Shown: positions 23,301 through 36,769, counted from the whole stretch's first letter. The stretch: 63,095 nucleotides of DNA, filler included, from Diploschistes diacapsis (GCA_023645945.1; 10 parts of 10 records of this genome joined end to end with filler, not necessarily neighbours in it); one strand, 5' to 3'. Notes: generated by a model not told the origin, from the letters alone. Numbers and translations: made by a program.

Positions 23301-24511
23301 TGGGTGTGTGTGTGTGGTGTGTGTGTGTGTCAGCAGAAAGGAAGTGCAAGAGGGGAAGTTGCCGTGAATCTTACTCGGTAATCGTAATCACAAAGTATGG
23401 GGAGCCGTTGGAGTATCTAGTATCTATTAGCAGTACTAATAGTAGTGCTAATAACCTGTCCTTCTCTTCAGCTTTCTCTGCTGTTCGGAACAACGTTGCT
23501 CCCCGCTACCCTTTTTCCAAACAATCAACCATGTATAGAGTAAGAAGAAGTAGTTTCTTTCTCACCGTCCATCATCTTCTTTGCGGAAAAACACGAGTAC
23601 CAGAGTACCAGAGTACCAAAGTACATGTACCTAGTCCGCCCAACAGACTACAAACTAAAGTAGGTACCATAACCATGCGCTCTGCTATGATTTCAACCCT
23701 ATCCTGTCCTATCCTGTCTTGTCTTGTCCTGTCCTGCCCAGCCCCCCTTAATCTCGACTCGACCTGCTTTCAAAGCACGAGCATGTCAAACTGAACACGA
23801 GGCAGAAAGTGGCGGTCACGGAAACGGGAACGACTTATCGACTTATTAAGTGAGACATAAGAAAGCCACGGTGGAGTGAGATAACGTGCCCACGTTGGCT
23901 TCCATAAGAGTGACACCCGTCGCGCCATGACGCGAAAGAGTCAATAAAGGGCGTGAAAAAAGGCTTTTGATTGCTCGTAACACTAGCAATTTTTGAGCCG
24001 GCCAAACGAGTACAGTCGGTGTGGGCTACGTCCTGTTGACTCTGTGAAGCCGGTTGAAAGTTGTATGTAAAGTGATTAGATTGCTACGTATTATGCTCAA
24101 GGGTTTTGTAGGCCAGGAGGGGATGGGCTTTGCAAGGAAGCAGCGGACAGGCAAAAGGAACATTGATTTGTTTCCCTGCTCTCCTAATTTACCAGCATGC
24201 TTCTTCTTAAGTCCCAAACGAAACGGTTCTTCCCAGAGCCAATCTCTGCTCGCAGATTCCAGTTCTCAACATCCACCACCGCCCTCCATCTCCATCTCCC
24301 CCACTCCAGCCTTCCTCCAAACCCCCATCCTCTTTCCTCCCTCCCTCTCCACAAGGGACCCCGGTTCCGCCCGCTCTCTCCACCCTTCCCAGCACCGCCA
24401 TTCTATTATTCNNNNNNNNNNNNNNNNNNNNNNNNNNNNNNNNNNNNNNNNNNNNTTAATTAATTAANNNNNNNNNNNNNNNNNNNNNNNNNNNNNNNNN
24501 NNNNNNNNNNN

Positions 24512-27500
24512 CGCATCAGATTCCTTCGAGGCCAATATGTAAATCGCGATCATAAACCGTACATCTCTTTAATCCTCCGGCTGGTCTTTATTTATGAGCT
24601 CGTTGTCGAAGTATCGCTTGATAAGATTAGCGCGCTTTTCTACTGCGGCCTATTAATCTATCAAAGTTATGCTGTTTTTTTCCAAAATACTGCTGTAGCC
24701 TTTATATTTTACTAACAGAATGAATCCGTATAGTTAAATAACGTAGAAAGTTTGTAATAAGTAAAATCTTATTAATGAATACAGCTTAACAACCGTCGGA
24801 TGCTGCGTAAACATCATGACCTTTAATAGACCTTTATCTTTTCTAAACTTCTAAGATTCCTTTCCGTATAAATTAATAAAGTCAATTAATTTCTTAAAAG
24901 ATTCTAAAATAGCCGATAAATTATCCGCGTAAATCTTTTATATATCTAAACTGGCGTAGTTCTCGCTATTATAAATTATTAATAGCTTCGAGCGTCAGAA
25001 ACGTAGAAGCTACGGGAATGACGAGCCGATAAAACCTTCCCGATTATTCATTAAAAGTTACGCGGCCTTCGTAAGAAATAGAAAGCTTTAAAAAAAAAAC
25101 GATATCTCGTTTCTTCACTAACGATATTCATATTCGCGAATTAACTCGACAAAAGAATCTGACTATAATATTTAAAGAAGTTGAAATAACCCGCGTTTTA
25201 GGTTCACGATACCGCGGTGTCCGTGAAAGTACCTGTTAATCGAGGCTAGAATTGCGTCGTCGATCCGTCTCTTCTAGGCCGTTCCCCTTCGTTGTCGGCG
25301 GATCTATGACCAAGCTCGAAACCCTACAAAACCCGTTGCAAGTCACCGCTCGAGCATAGCGGAGGGATACAAACGGGCATTTTTCCTAAAACGTGATCAA
25401 GTATTTTAATCCGAATCGCGGCTATCCGAAACAACTATCGCTCGTCTTAGCCTAACGTATTGTTTCGTGCCGTTGTTACAAATGAATTGCGGCAGGTTTT
25501 CCTCGGCCTCTTATTTAAGCGAGATAGAAAAAGTTTAACAATAATATTGTTTTATAAAAGATATACTGGTTTTTACTCGGGCCACACGTAGTTATTAAAA
25601 TATCTTTATATAATATTGATCGACGGTATCTTATTAGAAATTTAGATTATCTAAATTCATCACGTCGTTATTAATATGAAGTAGCGAACGATCTTAAAGT
25701 TTATTTACCGCGTATTAAAGCTGACGTATCTTGTTTTATAGAAGCCGTTTATAAAGATATATGTGCCGTCGAGGCGAGAAGGCGGAAATTTATGCCGCGT
25801 AGCCCGAATATCGTCGTTATTTATATAACCGGAAGCGTTTTTATTTATTTCGTTTTTTATAATTTATTATAGAACGAATTCTTTTGTTATCCGTTTTTAT
25901 AAAATAAGCTCCATCCGTTTTAAGAATTCATAAATTAAAAAACATATTAATACCTTAAAGGGCCTAGAAGTAAGTTATTAGGTAGATTGGACGGCTTTTC
26001 GATTTATATAGCTTTAATTTAAAGGAAGTTAGTTGACGAGCATGGTTATTAGAAGGAAAAAAGGATAGAGGAATGTAACGATATATATAATAACCAAAAG
26101 TTTATTGTAAGTCATAAAAAGAAGTTTGTTGTGAGTTATAAAAAGAAGTTTGCTGTGGTTTGGAATTCACTATTGAATGGCAAACAGGAAGAAATCACCG
26201 GATAGTATCGCCGAGCTATCGTCGATAAAACCTGGTTGAAAATCCAACCACGTGTAAAGAACGTTTTTGATCAGAAATCAATCTCTTTCGATCCTACCCT
26301 TTTCCATACCCACTGTCCGTGGTAATTATAATAAAATTAATCCGGTGGTTCTTAGGACCGGGGCACGGGACCCGTGCGGACTGCGGACTTTCTGCCGATT
26401 GAAGTATAAAAGCTATTATTATCCTATATAATCTTTAATTTACTTTCTATGTTCTGTGTATACATGTCCTGTTATTTAAATGGATACCGCGTATCTTTTT
26501 GCTTCGTTAACAACCTTCCAGCGAAACTCAGGTTCATAATCTATAAGTTTATCGACGATAAGCCTTTCCTCATCCGATATAGTAACTTCAAAAACCCCGT
26601 CCTTTTTTGTCCGCGTAGCGACAGCGGCGCCCCCAACATAAGCCCTAGGTTCTTAATAATGCTATCCGGCGTTTCGAAGTTTATACGAATAGATACGGCA
26701 AGTTTCACGTAAAGAAAATACGGGATAACGATTGAATAAAACCTTTTTCGCATAGAACAAGTTTATGAAAACGGCCAATAAAACTTTCGCATCATAAAAA
26801 CTATCCGCGTGACCGTGCTATACGGGTATGATAAAGGGATGAACGAGAACGATTTTATAAACTATCTCCTGATTTAAAAAGAACCAATTAGGTATTATCC
26901 GTTTAAAGTATTCAGAAATAATAAAACGATAACGTCTTTTTATAATAATTAAATATTAAACGAGCTTCTTTTTTAATCGTGTAACGTCTTTAACAACTTT
27001 TTTAACCGAAGGCTCGTTTTCTTTACTAAAAGGAACTTATCCGCTTGCGAAAGGCACCTACTTGTATTTAACTGAAACTCCTAGCTTACACCGGCCAAAG
27101 AGCCAACCCAGTAATTCGATAGTCTTCAACCAATCTATTTTGGAGATGTAACGCCGTCGAGCACTAAGAATGACAAATTAAGCACCAGTTGGTTAAGAGG
27201 TCGTATACATCGCCAGCATGGGTGCTTTAAGATAAATAAAACCCTCGTCCCGTCCTTTATCTTTATATTCTTTTAATATCATTTTCTTTCCTTTACCTTT
27301 TCTTTATTTTATTTATTTTTCTTTCATCCTTTGTCCTTCTCAATCGCCTTCTCCTTTATTTTATATAATGAATATTTCCGACAATCTTCCGAAACAGGAC
27401 CCTACTTTTGCGGATTTTAATCTAATACCGGAATTCGAATTCGACGGGTATTCTTTATAGTTTCTTGAAGACCCTTCGGTGATAAAAATGCTAAAGGACC

Positions 27501-28474
27501 CTTCGACGATAGAAAAGATACTCGACGAAATATTAATTTAAGATCCGTTTATATCTTTATTAATTGATATTAAGACGGTCGCCTATTTTACGCTTAACTT
27601 TTCGATATTTACGTTATTCGGAACGAAAGCTAATAATAAACGAAATAACGTATAAAAATTATTTTTACCGCCAATTTAAATTTTTAATAACATGCTCGAG
27701 TTCGAAATTATTCTAATAACGAAAGCGATAGAAATTAATCTAATTAAATCGTTATACGGGATAATCGAGTTCTTTTTCAAAACGCTCATAGAACAACCGG
27801 TTGAACCCTTAAAGAAAGAGATACAATAACTTTAAACCAAAGATTCGTAATCTTTTAGATCGTTATCCGACGGAGTCTTTACGTTAAAAGAAAGCTTAGC
27901 GCCAATTAAATCTAAATCGTAGCCTGAACTTGAACTTACCGTCGACGCGTCCGTAGAACAGCTCGATTAACCTCTTCTCCCGTTATTTCTCGTGGAAATG
28001 CTCGATAAGTAAATAAAATATAAGAATCAATCCTTAAAAGACCTATCGAATTTAAATAATATAACGTCTCAATCGGCTAAATCGGTCGAACCGATAGATC
28101 CGTCGTCGATAACTCTTAAGGATGCTTATTAGACTGAAAGCCAGCTCTAGATGCAAAGACAGACTAGGAAGCAGATTGCAGTCCCATCTACGCCAAAGCG
28201 TGTCGCTTCTAAGAATAAGCTTTTTAATACCGGGGGATCGAAAGGTGAATACATACTATTTAAACTACGTAAAGCTAAATAAAATAGATTATCTTATCGT
28301 TCTCGACGATGATACAAATACGGCTTTTAAAAAATCATTAAAAAAAAAACTTAAGTTACTTAATAGAAACTTTTTCGAATCGTCGGAACAAATCTCTTTT
28401 AGATAAATACTTATTCCCGAAATTAAACGTGAAGTTAAAAAAAGAAAGTATTATAATATTTAAATTATTAACGA
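24512..28474. pseudogene. RIP-degraded block with at least four decayed reading frames (minus ~24512-25130, ~25510-25930, ~26465-27010; plus ~27368-28400)
   Basis: TpA-rich and CpA/TpG-poor by eye; long protein-like frames broken mainly by TAA/TAG stops, e.g. plus frame MNISDNLPKQDPTFADFNLIPEFEFDGYSL*FLEDP. Confidence 0.65.
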
Positions 28475-29154
28475 NNNNNNNNNNNNNNNNNNNNNNNNNN
28501 NNNNNNNNNNNNNNNNNNTTAATTAATTAANNNNNNNNNNNNNNNNNNNNNNNNNNNNNNNNNNNNNNNNNNNNGGGGAGGATTTGCTTGGTTTGATTGA
28601 GTTTTTGTTTTATATAATTTTCTGTTTTTGGATGGAAGGGGCGAGTGGAATGCTTTGGGGTTGTAGGCTCATAGAGTGGAGCGGAATTAGGTTGAAGCGG
28701 GGAGAAGCAAAAAGTTTATGGTGGTGTTTAATGCGGCTAGGGGTTGGAATAGGAGTGAAGTGATATGATAGTAAGAACTTGTTCACTGTTCTACACATCA
28801 TCCCACTTCGCGCAATTCCGCCTCCTATTAGCCCCACTCCACACCTTAACGGGGTGAAGACTTTGAACCAAGGTAATAGACGGTTTGTCTGGTAAGGCTA
28901 CTTCTAGCAAGTTGCAACCAGTTTTAAACTATTGTATGCATCAATTCATCACTCACTCCACTTTCCGTGCTTAAGACAACTCCTCCTTCATGATGAGGCC
29001 GTATGTGCCCAACGTGCTTCAAAGCTCGGACAAAATGTCCAGGTAGGTTGGCCCGAAGAGCTCTGTACCTCTGATTTTCTCCGCACTCTTAAAGCAACTT
29101 CAACTCTGTTCCGAATAACTATGCCTCTCATCTCTCCTTTACTCCTCCTGACCT

Positions 29155-30259
29155 TTACCTCCCCGCCACGACATTTAACACGCCGCCATCAACGGCGATG
29201 ATCTCCCCATTGACGTATCTGTTCTTCGTCAGAAACAGCACAGCCTGCGCCATCTCCTCATCCTGCCCCGGCCTCCCCGCCGGAACATGCCCCTTCTCCT
29301 GTACCTTCTCCGCCGGCATATGGCTCTTCTGGTCCCCGCCGCTCTCCTTGACCGTCATCTCGCTCGGAAAGTAGCCCGGCGCGATGCTGTTCACCCTCAC
29401 GCCGTTCTTCTGGAACTCCGCACTCATCAGCTTCGCCAGATGCACCGTCGCTCCCTTGGCGGCGTTGTACGAAAAGTGTCCCTGAGAATGGCGCATGATG
29501 CCGCTCATGCTGGAAATTACGATGACCGAAGGCGAAAGGTGCCCGTGCGCGCCGGCTGGATGGGGCATGTCTTCACGAGTGGCGGCTTGGAGGAGAGGCA
29601 GGAAGGCGACGGTGGTAAAGTAGACAGAAGAGACATTGGTGTTCATCACATCGGCCCAAGAGGTGAATGACTCGTTGGACCAGATTTCGGCTTTGTTGGC
29701 AGGAGCCGATGTATGTTTGGGTTCGGCTTTGGGACCGGAGATGCCGGCGTTGGTCACTGTGGGTGTGGCTTAGCGAGATAATTGAACGAGGTGGAACAGG
29801 TGGTATGAGGAAGGTCAAGATAAAGTGCGGGAGGAGTAAAGTTGAGAGGGCGGCACTTACCGAGAAGATTGAGATGCTTCTCCTTGCTCTCGAGTGCCTT
29901 GCAGAGCTCCTCCAGATCATGTTTCGACGTAACATCGCAGGGCCCAAGCCTTTACTCCATCAGACACGGCACTGTGCAGAATTTGACCGGTAAGCCTACG
30001 GAATGATCTCCCCCCCTTCCTTGGGGCTATGAGCCTTTGCTGCTGCCTCTAATGCCTCGACACGGCGGCCTGTGATGTAGACTTTGGCACCTAAAAGCGT
30101 TTAACAAGAATTTCTGACATTTTCATCTCCAGTCTCACCATTAGCTGCCAGAGCTTGCGCGGCCATGAGCCCGATGCCGGTACCTCCGCCTGTCACGAGG
30201 CAGACGTAGTCTTTGACGGAGAAGAGCCTAGAGGCTCGAAGGGCATGGGTGCTGGCCAT
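29155..30259 (-). CDS. Short-chain dehydrogenase/reductase, 4 exons
   Basis: VTGGGTGIG Rossmann motif, TNAG, SSMSG, YNAAK catalytic motif, VRVNSIAPG, VDGG; three GT-AG introns between 29757 and 30140. Confidence 0.9.
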
Positions 30260-30771
30260 CTTGGGAAACTCTTTCGGTTTGTAACTGACGGAGAGTTCTT
30301 GAGATTGAGTTGGTCTTAGGGGGAGAGTGTATTAAGCTCATTATTCACTATGTCTTGGGTTCCGTACGTCATCTATGTATCATTTAGGGTTTGCGTGAGC
30401 TTACGTGCAATGATGGCCGCTCACGGCATTGAAGGAGGTTCTCATCCACGCAGGTACGGCTACGTGTATGTCTATGTTGTGCTTCATAAAAAATGTAGTT
30501 GACTCAAAGTAGTAGCATCATTGCGGCTGTTGACCTCGACCCAACTTCCATGTCTCCTGGAGCGTGATCTTACGTGCATTAGCTACATGGGAGAACTCCA
30601 CGCTTTCCGGGACTCATTTGCAGAATCAGGGCTGCGAATAAAGGCAAACAGGAGGAACTCGTTCTGATCGCTGGGTGATTAGCTTTATAGATAAGCGCAT
30701 TGTCGCCGTTTCTCCTGAATCGGGGATAACGGATGTCAGCGATCATCAGATCAAGCCTCGAATCGGCTGTT

Positions 30772-32438
30772 CTACACCTTCTCCTGCAGAACGTTGTTCT
30801 CGTGGCCGATGCTTCCCAGCTTGATATCATGTACAGTATAGTTTTTCTGGCGCACCTCTTCTACGAGACGATCGAGCTTGGAGTGGCCAACCTTGGTTTT
30901 CCAAGCAGGTGGTCCACCAGGGGCAAACATCTCCTCGATTTCCTCCAGAGACTTCTGGCACGTTTCAGGATAGGTGAAGTAGAACTGAATAGCGCCAAGA
31001 ACGCACATGACGCCAAAGATGATAAACATCCTCCAGGTGATGTTGATGAATCCGGGAGGAATGTAGAGACCCAGAGCAAAGTTGAAAAGCCAGTTGCCGA
31101 GAGCCGAGATACCCATACCAGCGGCGCGGGTCTCCAAACTCCAAACCTCTGCGGCGTATATCCAGGCTACAGGAGCCAGAGTCAAAGCGTAAATGATGAT
31201 AAGGAGGTAGCAGAATGCAATGACGGCGGCGGACTTGGAACCGGTAACCTGAATCAGGACGTTGGGGTTTCCGCCGACGCCCCCAGGAACATATTCACCG
31301 GCAGACAGCACGCCACCCACGACGAAGTGGCAAATGGCCATACCAAGAGCCCCATAGATGAGGAGCGTTCGACGACCGGTCCTATCCACGTAGAAAAACA
31401 TGACCGTGGTGAAAACGATGAAGAGGGCATACTGAACACCGGAGGAAATCAGGTTGATGTTGCCGGTGAGACCGGCCATGGCGAAAATGTAGACGACATA
31501 CTGCACAGTCAATGAGCAAGCGATAGAGGATTGAGCCGGAAGCTTTGCTCACGTAAGTCATTACGTTGGCACCGCTATTCTGCTGCCACATTTGGACGGT
31601 GAAGCCAGCAAGGGTACGCTTCCACATGCCATTATATACGAACTTGCGCCAGCCGGGGAGGGCGGTGCGTTCAAGGGCTAGGATGGTCGTAATCTCCTCC
31701 CATTCGGCAACGACGAGAGGATCATTAATATTACCTCCGGCTTGGATTTTGGCGAGGATCTGGACGGCTTCGTCGCCTCGATCGACCTTGGCGAGCCAAC
31801 GGGGCGACTCGGGGATGAACGGCAGGCCAAGCAAAAGAAGCACACAGGGCACAAATTGAATGCCCCAGGCGGTTCGGAACGATGCTGGACCTTCAATGAA
31901 GCTGCAGCCGTAGCCGATGAAGAACATGATCAGGATACCCCATTCTAAGGTAATGTCAGCCCGGCCACCGATACTACCAAGACTCTCGAAACTTACCAAT
32001 AGCGAGCTGTTGGATGACAATCAGGGACCCTCTCTTGTCCTTTTTGGCGATTTCTGCTAGATACACCGGTACTTGAGAGCTGGTGATCCCAACACAAACA
32101 CCGTTCAAAATGCGCCCAGCAATAAGCATACCGAATCCATTAGTGGCAGTCTGGACAGCAGTTCCGGCGAGCCACCAAAGACAGGCGAAGAACAAAGATG
32201 GTTTGCGGCCGAACCTGTTAGAAATGGGACCAGCGATGATGGAGCCGAGAACAGAGCCTGCGGCGAGCGCAGATCCGATAGCCCCTTGCTGCAGACCAGT
32301 CGGGTAGTTGAAATATATCAGGTACTGGTTCGTGCCAATGATAGCCGACATGGAGGAAATATCGAAACCAAAGAGCATACCACCGACGGTAGCGATAAAC
32401 GCTACAAAGTAGGTGTTGTAAATCTGTGGGAAGCCCAT
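30772..32438 (-). CDS. MFS sugar porter (high-affinity glucose transporter-like), 3 exons
   Basis: GGMLFGFDISSMS, RFGRK, VPVYLAEIA, PESPRWL, QQNSGANV, DRTGRR, PETCQKSLEEI motifs across three ORFs joined by introns. Confidence 0.92.
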
Positions 32439-34687
32439 CTTGCTGGCGTCACCCCTTTGGGATGTTTGACGTCAAAGGCCGAAAAAGACTCCTGGAACTC
32501 TGACAGGAGGAGGGTATGGAAGGAAGGGGGGAGGTGGNNNNNNNNNNNNNNNNNNNNNNNNNNNNNNNNNNNNNNNNNNNNTTAATTAATTAANNNNNNN
32601 NNNNNNNNNNNNNNNNNNNNNNNNNNNNNNNNNNNNNATGCTGAGGGGGAGGATGTGGGGGACGTGGCTGGGTTTTGTGATGGTGGTGGCGAGAGAGGGA
32701 GGCAGGAGTCGTTTTCGTGATATTGAGATTGTGGGTTTGTTCATGGCAGAGACTTGTCGACGCCGAGATTTGGGCTGAGACGTCGAATAGTAAGATCAAG
32801 GACAATGGTAGGAGATAGTGTTCGGCTGAAGACGTGGTGGCTTCGCTTTGCGATAAGAAGAGCTTGAAAAGCTGATCCAGGTAGCATCTCGGTGATCGAT
32901 TTGCTCTTCGTCGAATAGTCGATCCAGCTGACTTGCTTCCTGAATTCTGTCTTTGTCTCCGACTCCATATATAGAATCTGGATCAGGATTAGTATCTATG
33001 TTCCGCTTTTGGAAATCTAATCACAAAGGTTTGGGCTGATATTTCAAAGTCAAACAAATCGAAGCCTGAGCGCACTTCCCAACCAACGCGCTTGCGTTCC
33101 CTGACGTTTCATTTGTACAGCTTAATCTCCGTACAGCTGCCACACGTGTCCTGAGGGTTGGCAGGATTTGTTTTCCGGAGCAATGAGCGTGTAGCTGTCG
33201 TCGGTATAAGCCGGCACGCCATGATGGCTGTCCACCCAATAATTCACGTCCGGCTGCGGCTGCACCCCCGACGAGAAGAAGTTTTGCCTGCTCGGTGTCC
33301 CATTGCTGGTTCGTAGTTGAGATCACCGGTATCTCGAGGGCGAGGGTGACGTTAGCGGCCATTACCGGAGCAAAAAAAGGTATAGTTTTTGGTTGTACTT
33401 GAGGCTCACGGGCAGGCCAGTGCTTGCAGGAGCAGGATCGCCCTAATGGGCATTGTAACAAATGACAGCATAAAGGGCATGACTACCGGAATCAGAAAGT
33501 CCCAAGCTGCGTTAGTGGCGGAAGTTCAATAGGAAAATAATGTGGAAATCGAAGTCGTTGTCGAAGCAGCAGCAGCGATCGGATTTTTTCACGGAACATT
33601 TCTAATCAAAGACAAAAGAATAGAGGTGAAATGCATTTTCAGTGAAAGGGTTCCATATTTCTTCTTTGCTTGACTGGACCCAAAACTAATGGCATAGAAA
33701 ATAAGACATGGCCTCTATTGCTAGTCTCGTGCGTGAACGATGTTGAAGGCTGTCGCATTGCCCCAAACGTCGTCGACATACATGTAGGTACTTGTACCGA
33801 GTATTGTAGAGACTTCAGATGCCTGATCAGCAAAGCCAGACAAGGGAATCTATACCCCTTCGCTCTCACACAGTTCGTGTTGACGAACGGAAGTGCGCAT
33901 AGTGGCCTTCAACATTATATTATCATAAGCATGACCGGAGAGAGCATATCCAAAGCAGGCATACCCTCAAATGAACTATGCCATTTTGCATATATTGCCA
34001 TCTGTGTAGTTGTATACACTCTTCCATGTACGTGTGTGTTGGACTTCACAAAACTAGGCTATGGGAGAGGGTGCGACATGTGGCGTTGCTACTTGCCTTG
34101 CCTTAGGCCCACCGTACAGTACCTTGCCGGTCCAAAGACTCAATTCAAGCGCATCCCCCGGCCGACAAAACACAGCCATTGCTAACAGGGGCTTTAGCCC
34201 GCCGAAAATGCTCAGGATCGGTTACTCTGAGTGGCAGAGTTGGAAGGCAAGCAGTGATGAGGGATATTTGGGAACGGAACGACTTTGGGTAACCCTTGTT
34301 TCTCGTAGATCATTAGAAACGTTTGTCTCATCTTGCAACGTGTTGCTGCGACTGAGATAGCATGTGCAATGCTTGTTAAGGCAGTAAACAGCTGGTCACG
34401 TAGGATCCATATATTTTATCACAAAATACAGACACTTAACAAAGGTACCTGGCTATGACCGTGCACACGCGCTGAGATCAGCATACTTTGCTCGGTGCGT
34501 AGATCTGTCCCCATCAAGAAGCGAAAGCGAAACCGTATAGTACCACGCGAGCGGACGACCGCGACCTTCCCCATATGTGAAACCTTATCCCATGCAGTCC
34601 CATTTACCTTGCTATGCAGTCAAATACCTAGTAGGCATTGACAGCTTCGACCTTTCGTCATGTACATGTCATTTCGAGGCAAGCGGC

Positions 34688-35554
34688 TTAAGCCCACGTC
34701 CATGTCATGTTCGTGTACCTGCCAGCGTTGGAGTCCCCTCCAAGAGCACTGAAAAGACCGGTAGACATGTCCAAATCGTAAGGACCATCCTGAAGAGCAG
34801 TTAGTAAAAGGATTGCAGACTTGATGAAGTCGAAACTTACGCATCCGCCGCACTTGTCCATAACGGTAGCAGTGACGGGCCCAACACCATCAATCAAGGT
34901 GATCGAGACCTTCTTACCGCACAGCGGGTTCATGTCAGAGCCACTGCTCAGGCTTCCCATAACCTGGTCTGGGACGGCAACAATCATTTCCGAGGGATCC
35001 GAGGTCTGACCGCAAGCGCCCAGACCAACGGCGTAGAACGTCGCATCACCGGTGCATGGGCTGCTGCTATCACAGGCAGGAACCGACACAGAAGCGCCGG
35101 GCAGGGTGGAGCCGGCTGGTGCGTCACCGTTGCCACTTGCTGGGGAGGGAGCTGGAGCGGCGACTGATGATGGCGCCGGCGCCGGCGGAGGCGAAGGGAA
35201 TTGGGCAGCGGCAACGGTGGTAGAGGAGGTCGAGGGAGACGGGGTCGGAGTCGGGTTTTGCAGTGCGACGAGGCCGGAGGAGGTGGTGGGTGTTGCCGAT
35301 GACGATGAGGAGGCAGGCGATGACGAGACAGGCGCCGGAGAGACCGGAGATGGTATGGCAGGAGCACTTGATGATTGAGCAGCACCTGGCGCGGCCCAGA
35401 CGGTGGTGGTTATGATGTCTGTAACAACAACAAGATCAGTAACGGTGACCATGGGGTTCTGGCGCTTCGCGTGGTGGAACTTTTCGTGCTGATTCGGTGC
35501 GGCAAGGGTGGCGCCGAGGAAGGGCGCAAGAGCGAGGATGGTGATAAGCTGCAT
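34688..35554 (-). CDS. Secreted expansin-like / RlpA double-psi beta-barrel protein (Asp f 7-like), intron 34790-34840
   Basis: Signal peptide, KR site, Ser/Thr/Pro-rich linker, GDATFY..GLGACG, CGKKVSI, VMDKCGGC, DLDMS..LF; 51-nt in-frame GTAAG...CTAAC...CAG intron. Confidence 0.88.
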   Translation of the reverse strand: MQLITILALAPFLGATLAAPNQHEKFHHAKRQNPMVTVTDLVVVTDIITTTVWAAPGAAQSSSAPAIPSPVSPAPVSSSPASSSSSATPTTSSGLVALQNPTPTPSPSTSSTTVAAAQFPSPPPAPAPSSVAAPAPSPASGNGDAPAGSTLPGASVSVPACDSSSPCTGDATFYAVGLGACGQTSDPSEMIVAVPDQVMGSLSSGSDMNPLCGKKVSITLIDGVGPVTATVMDKCGGCVSFDFIKSAILLLTALQDGPYDLDMSTGLFSALGGDSNAGRYTNMTWTWA

Positions 35555-36441
35555 ATTGATTGATAGTGCTGCGCCTTCGTGATGCTGTACAGTATTCTTG
35601 ATGATGAAAAATGAACGGCTGTGAAAGAATGCCTCGAAGACGATTTGCCCAACTGAAGGAACGAAGTAGACTGTCGACTAGCGACTTGGAGGCTGTTCTT
35701 GCAGACTTTAAAGTTCTGTTGCTTGGGTGTCCCAGATGCCGATTAAAGATTCGAGATGCAGAGTCTTTCAGAATCGACTTGTGATTTGTTAGTTTCGTAC
35801 GTTTCGTCTCTTTTGTTTGGCTGGTGGCGTTGGAGCTCAAAGCAGCAGCTGGTGGCTTGACAAAAATAGCGACAGGTCTACTGCGAAGACTGAATGAATG
35901 AATGACAATACGGCGCCAAGTGGTATGGACGGTGAATGAGTGCGAATATGCACAAAAGGAAGGTGAAGGACCAAAAGTCGTAAGAAGCCTCGAGCCTGCA
36001 GGTGATAGATAGTAGTGGGAGAAAAATGGGAAGAAAGATCTGAGTTGGGGGCGTTCGAAGTCAAGTACCAGAAGGAGCGAGATTACATAGTACTATGTAC
36101 TTGTGTACTATGGAAGCCTGAGCAGAATGTTTCGTCTGGGCTGAAACACCGCTCCTCGAAACTGTTAGAGAATGCGCCAATCATTGTCCGGGGTTTTGGT
36201 GGCTGGCAGAGTAAGGATGAGTTACGGATGAAGCCGGGCCAATGAGAATGGATATCGGAAGAATCAGCGGTAAACGCTCTAAGACACAGGGGGCATTAGT
36301 GACCGCTCAGGCCCGCTGGTCCTTACCAAGCAGAGTTAGAGCACTATCAGCCCAACCAACCCTCTGCCTCCCCTGACTCAATGGGATTAAATTAAACCGG
36401 GGGCCGCCCTGGCTGGCTTTACGAGCGGTGGGTGTAAGTAA

Positions 36442-36541
36442 GGCCCTGTTTGGCGCCACGTAGAGCTGCTCTACGGTAGAGCGAATCTACGTAGATGACG
36501 GCCGTCATCTACGTAGAGGCAGCTCTACGTGGCGCGTTTGG
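36442..36541. repeat. Nested palindrome, possible PIF/Harbinger MITE relic
   Basis: Perfect 32-bp palindrome 36486-36517 inside a 17-bp inverted repeat (36453-36469 / 36519-36535); begins TAA|GGCCCTGTTTGG. Confidence 0.65.
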
Positions 36542-36769
36542 CAGCCAGCCCCACCACGCTGGCGCTTACCATCCTCGGCCTAGTAATCCAACCTCGGCCN
36601 NNNNNNNNNNNNNNNNNNNNNNNNNNNNNNNNNNNNNNNNNNNTTAATTAATTAANNNNNNNNNNNNNNNNNNNNNNNNNNNNNNNNNNNNNNNNNNNNG
36701 GGGGGGAGAGAGAGGGAACGAGTGAGAGGAAGAGAGAGAGAAAGGAAGGAGGGAGGGAGAGGAGGAAAC

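Noticed and set aside
30733..31515. 260-aa plus-strand ORF
   Set aside because: Antisense shadow of the sugar transporter
4003..36699. Regular ~4-kb periodicity with an identical TTAATTAATTAA motif
   Set aside because: Artificial contig linkers; contigs are ordered by length, so adjacency across linkers has no biological meaning
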